Below are positions 46,811-47,495 of a DNA stretch of 47,495 bases, in pieces (position 1 is the stretch's first letter; every line of letters starts with the position of its first letter). Origin of the DNA: an uncultured Pseudomonadota bacterium (GTDB lineage: Bacteria > Myxococcota_A > UBA796 > UBA2385). The stretch spans positions 1-47,495 of the forward strand of contig CAJWOS010000001.1 in the NCBI GenBank assembly GCA_913044235.1, given 5' to 3'. The position numbers and the translations under genes were made by a program. The notes under the pieces were generated by a model. It worked only from the letters and a program-made list of their open reading frames with translations. It did no database searches and was not told the origin of the DNA.

Positions 46811-47065
46811 ATGCTCGCGCAGCTTACCCACCACCTGCTCTCTCAGCGTCGGCCTCTGCGGTTCCTGGTCTCGGCGCTGATCACTGTGCCGCTCGCCAGC
46901 GGGATGGCAGTGGGCACCGCGTACACCATGGGCGGTCTCATCGAGCCCCTCCTCGGCGCTTCCCTTGCACAGCCCGTGTTCCTCTTTGGCTACTGTGCTG
47001 GCGGCTACGGCACCATCGCTGCGGTCGACCGGGCTCTGCAAGTGGCCTGGCCTGCTCGGGGGTAG
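46811..47065 (+). CDS. small membrane protein (84 aa)
   Basis: GGAGG lies 7 nt upstream of ATG 46811. Two hydrophobic helices (LRFLVSALITVPLASGMAVG; AQPVFLFGYCAGGYGTIAAV). Confidence 0.4.
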   Translation: MLAQLTHHLLSQRRPLRFLVSALITVPLASGMAVGTAYTMGGLIEPLLGASLAQPVFLFGYCAGGYGTIAAVDRALQVAWPARG

Positions 47066-47168
47066 TCGGCAGGCGAGCATGGGCGACCGGCACCGGACCG
47101 CGAGCGGGCTCAAGGCGTTGCAGAACCGGCCTTTCCATATGGCTCATTCTGGATGCGGAGAGGTGACG

Positions 47169-47495
47169 TCAGATGGTAGGCAGGGCGAGTGCCAGCTGAT
47201 CTCGGAGAAATTCATTGATGCACCGAGGATACTGGAAGTGGCCTGTCGTATCGAGAAACTCTGTGGCGTCGATGTTGCAGAAACTGCGGTGCTCGGACGT
47301 GATCTGACGACAGCCGCACGCCCGTCGGTTGAGCTCGGCGAAGCGAAACAGCTTCGCGAGCACTGCGTCTCTGGCGTTGTAGACGTTGAAGAGTGTTCCC
47401 TGTACAGCGTCTCCCGCGCGCTTCCACTCCTTCTTGGCGTCACACCGGACCGCCCCACCAACCAGGTAGCAGTCATGGATCGCCAGGTTCTCCTG
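47169..47495 (-). CDS. partial CDS (C-terminal fragment; 5' end beyond window), DUF726/TMCO4-like alpha/beta-hydrolase tail
   Basis: Frame is open from the window edge: QENLAIHDCYLVGGAVRCD...GTLFNVYNARDAVLAKLFRF...NIDATEFLDTTGHFQYP. It resembles the DUF726 C-terminal pattern from memory. Visibly lower GC than the neighbours. Confidence 0.4.
   Translation of the reverse strand, partial: QENLAIHDCYLVGGAVRCDAKKEWKRAGDAVQGTLFNVYNARDAVLAKLFRFAELNRRACGCRQITSEHRSFCNIDATEFLDTTGHFQYPRCINEFLRDQLALALPTI

Overview
This is a visibly GC-rich bacterial chromosomal segment (roughly two-thirds G+C by eye, not computed). I count about 36 credible protein-coding genes. I saw no rRNA, tRNA, CRISPR array, transposase or integrase. 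All calls come from reading the ORF translations and the DNA; alignments are by eye and nothing was searched.

The host looks like a diderm rich in lipoproteins. There is an RND adaptor and about 10 lipobox proteins, several with acidic D/T/G/S linkers. It is Myxococcota-like, which is inference only.

Layout:
- (i) 0-6.4 kb holds ordinary genes: a hypothetical protein, an orphan RND membrane-fusion lipoprotein, an ArnT/PMT-like GT-C glycosyltransferase, NDH-2, an ABM-fold protein and YaeQ.
- (ii) 6.8-14.1 kb is an orphan trio: a 276-aa protein ending in EVPF, a PcfJ-like protein ending in the SSB C-terminal tip DDDIPF, and a divergently transcribed 1571-aa giant protein.
- (iii) 14-35.8 kb is an envelope-modification region.
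  - It starts with a YeiH-type transporter and a Tat-lipoprotein carotenoid-oxygenase homologue.
  - Two inverted arylsulfotransferase (ASST) paralogues then bracket about 14 kb. That stretch holds a GT-C::TPR enzyme, a polyprenol-P-mannose synthase, two sulfatase-fold proteins with Thr in place of the formylglycine Cys, and VWA, FG-GAP and repeat-module lipoproteins.
- (iv) 35.9-43.4 kb is the best candidate for a new system. A carrier protein, stand-alone adenylase and acyl-CoA dehydrogenase operon lies divergent from a fused MBOAT::SGNH (DltB::DltD-like) membrane protein plus a flavin-halogenase-like gene. This joins a Dlt-type trans-envelope acylation machine to a PltF/L/E/A-type (pyrrole/halopyrrole) cassette.
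- (v) 43.5-47.5 kb holds an EEP-family lipoprotein, an NTF2-like protein, a 551-aa hypothetical, a small membrane protein and a partial DUF726-like gene.
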